This document shows positions 52,685 to 64,000 of a stretch of 64,000 nt of DNA, piece after piece; the stretch's first letter is position 1, and the number at the start of each line of letters is the position of its first letter. Source of the DNA: an uncultured Nitrososphaeraceae archaeon (lineage in GTDB: Archaea; Thermoproteota; Nitrososphaeria; Nitrososphaerales; Nitrososphaeraceae). Both the position numbers and the translations under genes were made by a program. The stretch spans positions 170,480-234,479 of the forward strand of contig CAVSMN010000009.1 of assembly GCA_963729045.1 (NCBI GenBank), given 5' to 3'. The notes under the pieces are model-generated. The model did no database searches and was not told the DNA's origin. It was given only the letters and a program-made list of their open reading frames with translations.

Positions 52685-52987
52685 CCACCAAAATTTCAAT
52701 AAAGTCCCGTTTGGGTCAATACATTTAAAGAAGCAACCTTGTGAATTGATGATATGATATTTAAAGCTATTGAACTTCTGCCAACAGGACGAAGTAATAA
52801 TAAAATTAACGGTTGCAATAGTAACTTATTGGTCAGAAATAATGATCTTCTCGATCATTTAAAGGCTTCAGACCACTTTTATGAGCGGAGTACTCTAAAG
52901 CGGATAACGAATCTACTGATGCTTATTCTTCATATACCAAATAATCATTCTAGTATATTTTAATATTAGATAAACTAGACTTGATAG

Positions 52988-53710
52988 GTGTTGTATGTGG
53001 ATGGAAAAATAGCTAATAAAAAAATTGCATTGGTAACAGGTGCCAATAGGGGGATAGGATTTGAAACTTGTAAACAACTTTCGCAATTAGATATAACTGT
53101 TCTGTTAACCTCTCGTGATCCTACAAAAGGTGAAGCTGCAGCTAGACAACTAACAGACAAGGGACTAGATGTAATCTTTTTTCAATTGGATGTATCAAAT
53201 AAAAGTAATATAGAGGATATCTTTACAAAGATAAAAAGACAATTTGGACGTCTTGATATTTTGATTAACAATGCTGCGATTCTATATGATAAAAATCAAT
53301 CTACTATTAATGCAGATCTAGAATTGGTAAGTAAAGCATTGACAACAAATCTATACGGTCCATGGCTTTTATGTCAAGCTTTCATTCCACTGATGGAAAA
53401 AAACGGCTATGGCCGTATAGTTAATGTATCCAGTGGTGCAGCTTCCCTGCATTATATGGATGGTGGAACACCCGCCTATGGTATATCAAAAGTTGCACTT
53501 AATGCCTTGACTAGAAAATTAGCATCAGAATTAGGACGAAAGAATGTATTGGTAAACTCGATTGATCCTGGATGGGTGGCAACAGACATGGGTGGTCGTG
53601 GTGGACGCCCAGTAGAAGAAGGTTGTAGAGGGATCGTATGGGCTGCCACCTTGCCAAATAATGGCCCGAGTGGAGGATTCTTTTATGACGGAGAACCTGA
53701 ACTTTGGTAA
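52988..53710 (+). CDS. SDR, carbonyl-reductase-like
   Basis: TGANRGIG, LINNAA, NVSS, YGISK and DPGWVATDMGG. Confidence 0.92.
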   Translation: MLYVDGKIANKKIALVTGANRGIGFETCKQLSQLDITVLLTSRDPTKGEAAARQLTDKGLDVIFFQLDVSNKSNIEDIFTKIKRQFGRLDILINNAAILYDKNQSTINADLELVSKALTTNLYGPWLLCQAFIPLMEKNGYGRIVNVSSGAASLHYMDGGTPAYGISKVALNALTRKLASELGRKNVLVNSIDPGWVATDMGGRGGRPVEEGCRGIVWAATLPNNGPSGGFFYDGEPELW

Positions 53711-53829
53711 TGATTCTAATGAAAAGATAGTTCCGTCGTCTATCTTGTTTCCTATCTACTTACAGGCACCAAACCATTCTGGATCTGAACCTTGGCTCGT
53801 AAATTTAGAATGATTCAATAATGAATTAT

Positions 53830-54761
53830 TTGACTAAATTACCTTTGATGTTATATTTTTTCCATTCACTGTTATACGCAGCATAACACCAAAATAAAAA
53901 TTCTATCAGGGAAAATATGGATCGTATTATTCCATCATTCAGACAATCGATCGAAATTGAAAAATAATTGGTCTGAATTTAAATAAAATTATCATTTAAG
54001 AATGATGGACAAACGTTTGACCTAATTTTTGAAAATGCTAAACTATACATCCTATCTATCTAATACCTGTAATCCCCATCTAATTTGATTCCATTATTAT
54101 GGGAACGCTTTTTCATAACCATAAGGTACTAGTATAAATTAATTTGAAAGACGAAAATATTAGTAGTTCTTTACTACATTGTTCCATTAGAGAATTTATT
54201 TCATCATGAATTTCTTTATGATTAGTTAATATCCTCTGATAATTCAATTTATCGCGATATTCTATCTCTTTTAATCTATTTGCTATAGGAGTTGCGATTT
54301 CCCATAATCTATTAAATAATGTTTGTTGACTATCTACTAGTGCTTTAGTATTACTAAATAATGCCTGAGCAGGAGGTTCATTTTCCTTGTGAAATATTTG
54401 CACCATATAAGCCCTGTTATCCAATACAGCAAAGTTACTTCTTATATTATCAATATGCTTTATTTCGTGATAATTTAATGACTTTAAAGATTCCATGTTT
54501 TCTTTCGTTATTTCAACAATCAGTCTAAATTTGATACCTTTTTCTTCGGCATGTTTTTCAGCAAGGAGTATACCAACTTTATAAAACTTTCCATAAGAAA
54601 TCAAGCATTATTCTATCCCATACTATGTCAAATCCTCTTTCAGGACTATTAATGGCAACTATACCCATTTCTAACATTTTATCTGAATCAAAAATGACAT
54701 CTGTAATCTCCGGATGATAATGTTTTGACTCCATTAACTGTCTAAATGTTAAATCATCCAC
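53830..54761 (-). pseudogene. Degraded paralog of a sensor-type domain protein (copy 2)
   Basis: ORFs 54579..54761 and 54113..54604 join; motifs FRLIVEITKEN, IKHIDNIRSNF and QQTLFNRLWEIA; 3' part decayed and end approximate. Confidence 0.6.
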
Positions 54762-54912
54762 TATTGTATCGGTTTCATTTTATTAAAAAGTTGCCCTATT
54801 CAACCATTGAATATTGTAAGGACAAAGTGAATCGTGCATGTATTTATGTGAAATAAAAATATTGGACGACATACTTTAGAATGAGGATCCAAGTGACTAG
54901 AGTCCAACCGTA

Positions 54913-55890
54913 TTAATTATTCCTCGCCGTAAGGCTCTCTACTTCATTCCAATATTTTTCAAAAATTACCCCTTGAACTAATATAGAAACTTTTTCATTA
55001 GAAAACGAAGCCATCAACTTGTTATTTTGGTCATATTTGACCTGAAGTAGGGACACTGTTGTCAGACAATATTACCAATTCTTCAAATTGCCCAATTCGT
55101 GACTATACAAAAACTGAATCATATTATAGCCAATTTCTGCATTTAGTTGAGTAATATATCGCATCAAATGTTGGTCAACACCGTCAATTAATATTCGAAT
55201 GGTTACTTCTCTTTTTAACAACCGAGATAATTTATTTAGATAATTATTATTGTTAAGAATAATGTGAATTAACTTGATGGATGAGAATATTATCAATTCC
55301 TTGGTGCATCTCTCAATTAATGAATTTATTTCAGTATTAACTTCATTGGAATCTGTTATTTCCAGGGTCTGGTTAGTCATATTTTCATATGTCATATCTT
55401 TTTTTTCACATCAAAGGGAATAGCACTATCCCATAGGGTATCAAAAAGATACCTTTGTTGTCTTACTAGATTCTTGGAATTACTAAAGAATATTTGGTCG
55501 GGCTTTATACTTTCTTTATGGAATATGGCAACCATATAGGCACGTTTATCAAAGATTCCAATATTGCTTCTTATTCCGTCTAAATGCCTTATCTCATGAT
55601 AGGTCAACGAATTCAGAAAATCTATGTTATTTTTGGTGATTTCACCTACTAATCTTAACTTAACACCTTTTTCATTAGCCTTTTGTTCGACAAATTTAGT
55701 TCCATCACTATAATGATTACATATGAATTTACACATAGTAATGTCCCAAAGCATATCATAACCATCTTGAACAAGATTTAATGAGTCTGTTGCAATCGTC
55801 AACATGACGTCAGAATCGAAAATAACTTCTGTAACTTCAGGATGATGATATCCAGATTCCTTTCAATTGCCGAAATGTTAAATCATCCAC
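54913..55890 (-). pseudogene. Tandem paralog of a sensor-type domain protein (copy 1), at least 3 frameshifts
   Basis: Same start MDDLTFRQL as copy 2; LRLVGEITKNN, IRHLDGIRSNIGIFD and QQRYLFDTLWDSA; ends VQGVIFEKYWNEVESLTARNN*. Confidence 0.65.
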
Positions 55891-56100
55891 TATATTGTAT
55901 TAAAACTCCATTTTATTAAAAAGTTGTAATAAAGAACAAAATTGTGTTTTGGAACCTTTTACATGTAAAAAGCAAGTGACCGAGATTGAGTATTATTGAT
56001 GAAATTCGACAATAATCATTCAACTGCCAATATAGTCATCAATCGTTAATTTCGCAAGACTTAATGATTTTAATATTATTGTGATCTATTTACAAGAAAA

Positions 56101-56933
56101 ATGACTTTCAATATAGGCTGCTCTGGCTGGAGTTATGAAGGTTGGAAAGGTAATTTTTATCCAAAGGATATGGAAAATAAAGACTATTTGTCTTATTACT
56201 CTAAGTTCTTTAAATTTGTTGAAATCGATTCTACATATTATCATATACCATCTAGATCTTCAGTTAGAAGTTGGAAGGACAAAACTCCTGAAGATTTAAA
56301 TTTTCATTGAAATTTCCCAAAGTAATAACTCATGAAAAGAAATTGGAAGATGTTGTTAAGCCACTTTCAATATTATTTTACTCATTAGAACCTTTGATTG
56401 AAAAAACACTTACATTGTTAATACAACTTCCACCTTTTCTTTCAGAGAAGAAAGGGTTTAATCCTTTACAAGGTATGATTCGTCATCTGGATAAAAGATT
56501 CAGATATTCTTTAGAAGTTCGACATTCATCATGGTTTAATGATAATTTGTATGATTTACTAAGAGAAAATAACATTTCATTGGTATGGAGTGTAAGAGAT
56601 AAACTAGTATCTCCATCAATTGTAACTTCAGATCAGGTTTATCTCAGATTTATAGGTGATAGAAGCATCTCAGAAAAAGACTTTGGTATGATAGTAAAGG
56701 ACAGAAGAAAAGAGATGCTCGAATATGTTAAAAAGGTTAGAGAAACGCAAAATGAAAATTCAAATATCAGTGATGTGTTGATAGCATTTAACAATCATTT
56801 TGCAGGCTTTGGTCCTCAATCAGTGAATGATTTCTTAAAATTGATGAATATGCCCGAGATAGAGTGGAAGAGTGAATTGGAGAGTTATGAAAATAATTCT
56901 GCTCAATCAAGTTTGTCTGATTTCTCTATATAA
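56101..56933 (+). pseudogene. DUF72 family protein, one frameshift at ~56300
   Basis: IGCSGWSY..W, VEIDSTYY, KFPKVITH, LIQLPP, LEVRHSSW, YLRFIG and FNNH. Confidence 0.85.
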
Positions 56934-57377
56934 GTTATATCAATATTTTTTTCACTTCTTGTATTTACTACTGAATAATAGTAACGCTATTCTAACAAAA
57001 TATAGGATATGAAACCTACACTAAATCATATAGCCAGGTTAATGAGTAATTTTCTACTTTGGCTCTTATTGGTTTTATCAATGTTCTATATGTTCCGTTT
57101 GAAGATGATCAGTGACTTTATCACCTACAAGAATGAAATATAATATATCAAATATTGCAAAACCAGTTAATTGTTTATGTTTATTTGCATAGTGGTTTAA
57201 GATACATGCGGATTATCAAATTAAGGTTTCTATCTTCTTCTTTTCATATGAATATCTTTACCATTTAAATTAAAGAATTAAGTCATTATTTTCAATTAAA
57301 GCTTTTAAAAAAGCGATTGAACCTACAGACATAGATTTAGCAATATGAATATTAGTAAGTGTATAGATTAATGGATA

Positions 57378-57587
57378 ATGTTAACCTTATCCTGTAAAGA
57401 CGTAGGTGTAGATTGTGATCATGTGTGTAAAGCCGAAACTGAGGAAGAACTACTGGAAAAAGCAAAACAACATGCAATAGAAGATAATCATTTTAGCGAA
57501 GAAGAAATATCAAAACCTGAAACACAAAATAAAATAAGATCCTTTATTAAAAGATACCTAATTTTGAAATCCTATTTCTCAAAATAG
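57378..57587 (+). CDS. DUF1059 small metal-binding protein
   Basis: LSCKDVGVDCDHVCKAETEEELL....HA...H. Confidence 0.85.
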   Translation: MLTLSCKDVGVDCDHVCKAETEEELLEKAKQHAIEDNHFSEEEISKPETQNKIRSFIKRYLILKSYFSK

Positions 57588-57704
57588 ACCTTTTTATTTT
57601 TTACAGGCTGAAAGTCTATAACAATACTGTTTCACAGTTGGAGCATATAGTATTCTCTAACTTTTATTTTTATCAAATAACGATAGTCAAATACCTTAAT
57701 AGTC

Positions 57705-58115
57705 ATGTTCTACCGAATATCCCCGCCTTTATCTATAATGATAGTTGAGGACGAAGGAGATCTGTCTCATCTTTACAAATTGTATCTAGCAACATTAGGA
57801 ATTGATTCGATCATTTTCGCTAATGCATTAGAAGCTTTGGATCGTTATCAAAACAGTCATGGTAGATATGCACTTGCACTTTTAGATTGAGATCTACCGT
57901 TTATGAATGGTCTGCAACTTGCAAAGAGGATAAGAAAAATTAATTCCGAGGTCCATATACTCCTGTTAACGGGCTATTATATTAAAGACAAGTTACTTGT
58001 GGATGAATTTAGAGGGGCCAAAATCGAGGAAGTATTATTAAAGACAGTAGATATGAGTGATCTCGGATCCCGTGTAATTAAACTGTGTAAAGAAAGTTGC
58101 AAAGGTTTGATATAA
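57705..58115 (+). pseudogene. Single-domain response regulator with in-frame TGA
   Basis: IMIVEDE...ALLD*DLPFMNGLQLAKRIR...LLTG...LLK; stop at 57888..57890 directly after the phospho-acceptor Asp, downstream ORF in the same frame. Confidence 0.8.
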
Positions 58116-58170
58116 CAAAAAGGGAAAAGTTTGACTTTATGGAATGTAAAAAATGTTAACAGGACCTTGC

Positions 58171-58467
58171 TCAACGAACAGATTCTATCAGTTGTCTTAA
58201 GAAAGGTCTATCAAACAGTGGTAGAAAGTTCAATGTATCCATATCGGAATCATTGGGATTGGTTGTAAGAAATATTGTTCTATCTGGGGATGTTTTTGAA
58301 AATACATTCTTTTTCGTTTCTCTATCATAAGTAAAAAAGGAACAAGCCCCTTCCCTAATTAAAGTCTCTATTACTACAATATTCTGGATGCCATAGCCTT
58401 TGACACCACAATGTGACGGGATGCCATTTTTATCTTTTACAATACATGTAATCTCAAATTCATCCAA
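58171..58467 (-). CDS. Hypothetical protein, DUF3892-like
   Basis: FEITCIVKD...I..G...FFT...FLTT.P.....LNFLP pattern. Confidence 0.6.
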   Translation of the reverse strand: MDEFEITCIVKDKNGIPSHCGVKGYGIQNIVVIETLIREGACSFFTYDRETKKNVFSKTSPDRTIFLTTNPNDSDMDTLNFLPLFDRPFLRQLIESVR

Positions 58468-59243
58468 TATTTAACAAAACCATTCTAAATATTTAAGGTA
58501 TTCTTAAATATATATTTTGATTCTTCCTTACAATAGAATTAAGCCACCAACTCCAGAGTGCGAATTGCTTAACAAGCTAGTGTAACCCGTATTTAAGAGA
58601 TATCTAATTTGAAGGAAAAAATTGATTTTATTGATTTGATAAGGTAGACAACAGAGCAGTTTTGTCTAACGATGAAGTGGGGGTGACCGAGGAAGATATT
58701 CTCATCTGTACTTTTTTGTGACTGGTAATCCTGATTAAATCAATTTCCACAATAGTAACAGAATTTTGCTATTTCAAAGTGTCCTTCTAGGCTACAATTC
58801 AAACAAGATAGCATCCATAATTTTTCATCATGATAATGTTAAATAATGCTTTGAATTGGGGTTTTTTTCAAAATCCTTTAGACTCAAACACACACATCTA
58901 TCCTACGTCTAGATCGATGGTTGTTATAATGTACTGTAAAGTCATTTTCGCTATTATTTACCTTTAATAAGTAGATAACGACCTGATCCTATAACCCTCT
59001 CTAGATCTAATGGCATCCAATCCACCAGATACTATGATCTGTTACAGTCATTAGATATTAATAAGGTAATTATTATGCGTGGAGTTATTTGGTTATCATT
59101 TTGTTAGCTTTTTTTTGTTATCTTGACAGTCTTAATTTTTTCTAATGCTAATACTTCACATATAATACATGTACAAATGGTAAAGTCCGTTACTGGTAAA
59201 AAATCTTGTAAAACTTTTATAGTCGATATTGAAGATTAACCCA

Positions 59244-59876
59244 ATGCTAAATAAGAATATGATAATAGCATTATCTATTTTTTTGATGTCTATTTTTTTG
59301 ATGTCAGCCATAACTACAAGTGTGCTTTCTGTCGATGGTTGAGATATTCCAGAAGCACTCAAAGCAAATTATGCTGGCCCTTTTTTCGGTATCAACCTCC
59401 CATCCGGAGTCGAATCATCTGCTTTCATCGGGAATGTAACCCAGTTGGCAAAAATGGGGTTTGATTCGCCTCAGAATGCCAAACTGTTTATTCAACTTGA
59501 CTCTATTGCTTTGAATTCTTCCTCCCATCCAGGAAATCGAACCTTAACAGCCCCTACAATTGAGCGTTTAACATCCATTTACAATCAAATGAAAAGTAAT
59601 AATTCTACAGGTGGATTTACAGAGATAGCCACTGTAGCTATGCAGGCTCTAGATAAAAGATCATTTTTTGACGGTGCCGGCCGTAACATAACAGTGGTTC
59701 CAAATGGCCTAGATTTTAGTGATATACTAAAGTTTGGAACTTTGGGAGCTGAATTTGTATGTGGAACAGGTTTGAATAGTAGTGGAGATTCTGCTGCGGA
59801 TATATTCAAGTCCGGGCCATCGTGTGTAGCAGGTGCTCTTGGCGCTGCGGGAGTTAAGCTAACCACCCTAAGCTAA
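59244..59876 (+). pseudogene. Secreted hypothetical protein with in-frame stop and frameshift
   Basis: MLNKNMIIALSIFLMSIFLMSAITTSVLSVDG*DIPEALKANYAGPFFG, then a shift into the frame of ORF 59445..59876. Confidence 0.55.
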
Positions 59877-60415
59877 TCACCTGAAAGGAGAAGCAACCAC
59901 TTCTTTTACTTATAGCCAGGTAGATTAGTAATCCGTCATTAGAAAAACAAATTGAAGTATCTATTGGTTAGATTTGAAGGCTTTAGCGCCCTTGATGCAT
60001 AAAACATTGACCACTAATCAACCAATTATATTTGACTATTAGGTTTCTGCATTATTTTCCTCCACTGGTCTATTTTTGAGACTCATTTATACCACGTATG
60101 TTATCTGAATAGTTGTTATTATACATCTATTTAGTAACTCAGTAACTTTTCATATTTCAAATTTTGTGGAATTAACCTATGTTTCTACATCGATATTGTT
60201 ACTAATCAGAGTAGAATTAGGCTGACTAAAAAATTTATTTGTCTTTAATTGGAGAATTTTGCCGAATGTGTAGACAAATATAAACAACTATTCCAAATGA
60301 GTATTATAAGAACTTTATAGAAAACTATTACAAATTTTTTTAATAGAACTAAATTTGCAAAGTATATTCAAAAATTATTATATCATATATTATTACTAAA
60401 GAAGGCAAGAATAGA

Positions 60416-61378
60416 ATGTTAAAGTCAAATAACACAAAATTAACTGCAGTATTAGCTGTAGCAGTATTTGCTACATTAATGACGCTTGGTCCTACAACAT
60501 CCAATTTTCAAAACGCATTTGCACATTATGGAGTGGATATAGATCAATGTAAGGATGATGAAGATTACTACAAAGATAACGAAGAAGCATGTGACAAGAA
60601 CCTAAGAGCACACTATGATGACGATTATGATGGCGATTTTGGTTCTAAAACCATCGATGAAGATAATGATAACGGCGATAACGGCAATAACGGCAATAAC
60701 GGCAATGGAAACAGTGCTTCACAAGGCATAGGCCAATCTCAATCTTCTAGTCAAAACTCCCAATGTGTCTCTGGTGATGATACAAATGACTCTTGTAACA
60801 ACGTAAGTGTCCAAAACCAGGATAATGATGGAAACAATGCAGCTGCTCAAGATGGCGGAAACGGTAAAAAAGGCAAGGGCGGTAATGATGCTGACCAAGG
60901 CATAGGCCAATCTCAATCTTCTAGTCAAAACTCCCAATGTGTCTCTGGTGATGATACAAATGACTCTTGTAACAACGTAAGTGTCCAAAACCAGGATAAT
61001 GATGGAAACAATGCAGCTGCTCAAGATGGCGGAAACGGTAAAAAAGGCAAGGGCGGTAATGATGCTGACCAAGGCATAGGCCAATCTCAATCGTCAAAAC
61101 AGAATTCCCAATGTGTCTCTGGTGGTAGTCTGGGTAATTCATGTAACAACGTAAGTGTCCAAAACCAGGATAATGATGGAAACAATGCAGCTGCTCAAGA
61201 TGGCGGAAACGGTAAAAAAGGCAAGGGCGGTAATGATGCTGACCAAGGCATAGGCCAAGATCAAGATAGCGAACAGAATTCCCAATGTGTTTCAGGTGAA
61301 GATGCAACTGTTTCTTGTAACAACGTTAGTTTCCAAAATCAAGTAAATAGTGGGAATAATGCGTTAGCACAAGACTAA
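60416..61378 (+). CDS. Secreted Gln/Asn/Gly/Ser-rich repeat protein
   Basis: Signal peptide ending AFA, acidic two-Cys domain, then four ~58-aa repeats each with a Cys pair. Confidence 0.85.
   Translation: MLKSNNTKLTAVLAVAVFATLMTLGPTTSNFQNAFAHYGVDIDQCKDDEDYYKDNEEACDKNLRAHYDDDYDGDFGSKTIDEDNDNGDNGNNGNNGNGNSASQGIGQSQSSSQNSQCVSGDDTNDSCNNVSVQNQDNDGNNAAAQDGGNGKKGKGGNDADQGIGQSQSSSQNSQCVSGDDTNDSCNNVSVQNQDNDGNNAAAQDGGNGKKGKGGNDADQGIGQSQSSKQNSQCVSGGSLGNSCNNVSVQNQDNDGNNAAAQDGGNGKKGKGGNDADQGIGQDQDSEQNSQCVSGEDATVSCNNVSFQNQVNSGNNALAQD
60722..61375. repeat. 174-bp intragenic tandem repeat, ~3.7 copies
   Basis: Unit encodes QGIGQSQSSSQNSQCVSGDDTNDSCNNVSVQNQDNDGNNAAAQDGGNGKKGKGGNDAD; copies 1 and 2 look identical. 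Confidence 0.92.
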
Positions 61379-61667
61379 CATCCTTTTTTTTATTATTATT
61401 CTGACTATATTGATTTGAAAATAAATTTAATATATCAAATTCTGTCTTCTAACTAAGTAAACTTTATCATTTATCTGTAATCATCGCATTTAAAATCTTA
61501 CCTGTTTTAATTTTTTTTGATAACTAATAAGCAAATTTTTGATTTGAATTTCTTATTTATTCATTGTTTAGAATATTGACTTTTATTTTTCAAAATAAAG
61601 GTCAATTTACCTACGAAAAACCATGTTACTAGATTATCTATTTAACATATATTCTATAATTTGAAAC

Positions 61668-61883
61668 ATGACACATGTAGCAAAAATAATAGAAATAGTA
61701 GGCTCATCGGACAAGGGCTGGGAGGATGCTGCTCAGGTAGCATTAACTGAAGCGACAAAAACAATTCACGGTATAACTGGAATCGAGTTAACCGATATGA
61801 CAGCTAGGGTGGATCCAAATACGGGAAAAATAACTGAATATCATTCTACGGTAAAGATAGCCTTTGGGGTGGAACATTCCTAA
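61668..61883 (+). CDS. Dodecin family protein
   Basis: VAKIIEIVGSS..GWEDAAQ.A..EA.KT....ITEY...VKIAF. Confidence 0.9.
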   Translation: MTHVAKIIEIVGSSDKGWEDAAQVALTEATKTIHGITGIELTDMTARVDPNTGKITEYHSTVKIAFGVEHS

Positions 61884-62107
61884 GAATCACCAGATAAGGG
61901 ACTTGAATTTCCTTTTTTCCATAAATTAGCTTTATTTTTTTGTCATGATACGCCTTGGGTAGGAAAAATTGTGATCGCGACTTTCTATATATATACAAAA
62001 ATTTAGTATGATTTGCTGTTTTGGTTTATATGATATTCTGCTATTAAAATAGAAAGAATTCTTTAGTAAGATATCTTGACATTTCTTTTAGCCCAAATGA
62101 TTATTTT

Positions 62108-63841
62108 GTGTTTGTGAATAAAAAACGTAATATTATTACAAAATTGATTGTAACTTTTTTTATAATGACAACGGGATTCTTGTCATCTATTTCTGCACCG
62201 ATATCATATGCACAAAGCGGTGGTGGTATTCCTGATATTCCTTTTTTTGATTTTAATAATGATAATAAATTTAACAATAATGAAAATTTTTATGGCGATA
62301 TTAACAACAAAGAGAATAACAATTTAAAAGAATTATACGACATGATTCCAGGTCTAAATAAAAAAGACAACAATGATGTAGGCAATTCAGATTATAAAAC
62401 TGGTAACAAAGATGCTCATGAAAAGACTTTGAATGAAAAGTCCGTAGATTCAAAAAATAATGATGAAAGCAAAATTAATGATTATGAAGTCTATTCTGAT
62501 GATGCAATAGATGGGATAGGCAACTCGGGTTCTGGAAACGAAAAAGATGAAGGAACAACAGCAACAACTCCCAGCATTCTTACCTCTATCCTAGATAAAT
62601 TGCCTAACTCTGATGTTTTATCTAATTCTTTGTCACCATCCTCCTCCTCCTCCTCCTCATCTCCACCACCTTCTTCCTCAACATCTAAAATGGGAGAGGT
62701 AATACCGGGTCAATACATTGTGGTACTAAATGATGACGCCTTGAATTTGCGTGACATTCTTTCAGAGGTTGCAAAAAAGGTAAATATTGAGGGGACTGAA
62801 ATACTCCATATTTATGACGATGTATTAAATGGATTTGCAATTAGCGTTCCAAATGAAAGAGTTATCGAGGTGCTTGAACAAAGCCCATTTGTAGATTATA
62901 TCGAAAAAGACAAGACAGTTAAAGCATTTGCTCAAACACTGCCAAGTGGAGTCAATAGGGTTGATGGAGACCTAAGCTCTACCAAGTCAGGGAATGGTGG
63001 TGGAGCCATCAATACAGACATAGCCATCCTGGATAGTGGAATACATACTAGCCATTCTGATCTAAACATCTATCACCAGAAATCCTTTGTCTCAGGTACG
63101 TCGTCAGGAAATGATGATAACGGTCATGGGACCCATGTTGCAGGAATTGCAGCAGCCAAAGACAATTCCATAGGAGTAGTTGGAGTAGCACCTGGAGCAA
63201 AACTGTGGGCAATCAAGGTGTTGGATAAAAACGGTTCAGGAGCCTTATCGACAATAATAAAAGGTATTGACTATATTAGACAATACGCAAGTCAAATAGA
63301 GGTTGCTAATCTTAGTCTTGGTTGCGAATGTAAATCTTCTGCGTTTGATACTGCAATAAACAATGCTGTAAAGGCTGGAATCACGTTTGTAGTAGCTTCG
63401 GGAAATTCGGGAAAAGATGCTTCTACATTCTCCCCTGCCAATAATCCCAATGTTATAGCTGTTTCAGCCATTGGAGATAGTGATGGCAAATGTGGAGGAA
63501 CGGGTCCTAGCACGGGTTTTGGAAGGGATGACACACTGGCAAGTTTCAGCAATTATGGTGCAGTTGTAGATATGGCAGCACCTGGAACCAAGATATATTC
63601 TACTTACAAAGGGAACTCATATGCAACAATGAGTGGATCAAGCATGGCCTCACCACATGTTGCCGGAGCAGCTGCATTATATGAGGCCTCTCATCCTGGT
63701 GCTTCACCTTCAGAAGTACGCAATGCGTTATTAAGCATTGGATCAACATCATCAACAACATGTGATGGAAAAGGCCATGGTTACTTTACAAGTGATAGAG
63801 ATAATTATAGAGAACCATTGTTGTATGTAAAAAATTATTGA
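62108..63841 (+). CDS. Secreted subtilisin-like S8 serine protease with I9 propeptide
   Basis: Signal peptide, low-complexity linker, IPGQYIVVL I9 domain, catalytic ILDSG / HGTHVAG / GSSMASPHVAG. Confidence 0.94.
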   Translation: MFVNKKRNIITKLIVTFFIMTTGFLSSISAPISYAQSGGGIPDIPFFDFNNDNKFNNNENFYGDINNKENNNLKELYDMIPGLNKKDNNDVGNSDYKTGNKDAHEKTLNEKSVDSKNNDESKINDYEVYSDDAIDGIGNSGSGNEKDEGTTATTPSILTSILDKLPNSDVLSNSLSPSSSSSSSSPPPSSSTSKMGEVIPGQYIVVLNDDALNLRDILSEVAKKVNIEGTEILHIYDDVLNGFAISVPNERVIEVLEQSPFVDYIEKDKTVKAFAQTLPSGVNRVDGDLSSTKSGNGGGAINTDIAILDSGIHTSHSDLNIYHQKSFVSGTSSGNDDNGHGTHVAGIAAAKDNSIGVVGVAPGAKLWAIKVLDKNGSGALSTIIKGIDYIRQYASQIEVANLSLGCECKSSAFDTAINNAVKAGITFVVASGNSGKDASTFSPANNPNVIAVSAIGDSDGKCGGTGPSTGFGRDDTLASFSNYGAVVDMAAPGTKIYSTYKGNSYATMSGSSMASPHVAGAAALYEASHPGASPSEVRNALLSIGSTSSTTCDGKGHGYFTSDRDNYREPLLYVKNY

Positions 63842-64000
63842 TGATGTTGTTAATACCAATATTTAACCAACAAGTATGTAAACAAGCATTAGAAGCAGAA
63901 ACGAAATATGTATTTTTATACTATTTCTGTGATTCCTGTTTTAAGCCTCGGGAGTGAGACTCGAATCCATACCATATAATCACAGATTCATAAATTAGAA

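Noticed and set aside
57888..57890. Selenocysteine or readthrough at the in-frame TGA
   Set aside because: The position after the receiver Asp is normally hydrophobic, so TGG>TGA is simpler; there is no Cys-equivalent context.
3890..63552. Many antisense or nested ORFs in the track (e.g. 5570..5986, 31165..31590, 34706..35095, 45375..45767, 60719..61090, 63292..63552)
   Set aside because: They are shadows of well-supported genes on the other strand or frame and carry no motifs of their own.

Overview
AT-rich archaeal chromosome segment from an ammonia-oxidising archaeon of the Nitrososphaeraceae, most like Ca. Nitrosocosmicus (inferred from CdvA, PolD, double-domain ThyX, GGGP synthase, expanded small wHTH paralogs and low GC). 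The first ~37 kb is core genome built around a replication origin: cdc6/orc1 with ORB boxes at ~19.55-19.9 kb, plus hel308, both PolD subunits, cdvA, thyX, fen1, acs, tRNA-Thr(CGT), a P-II protein, a PhoU-type regulator and a metal ABC/NikR locus. After fen1 the window becomes accessory DNA with many broken genes, a P450, SDRs, a macro domain protein, dodecin, a subtilisin and secreted repeat proteins. Most interesting signals: (1) three uncharacterised HTH-type genes beside oriC, one membrane-anchored, each associated with its own clustered or palindromic DNA motif (candidate origin tethering/segregation module); (2) a near-identical triplication of a wHTH gene with its promoter just downstream of cdc6, in direct and inverted orientation, with one variable wing patch; (3) a histone-H1-like (KAT)n frame and a 31-aa zinc-finger microprotein missed by the ORF track; (4) a secreted Q/N/G/S-rich Cys-paired repeat protein resembling a functional amyloid. 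Several frameshifts, including fen1, may be sequencing errors. All calls come from reading the sequence; no database searches were run.
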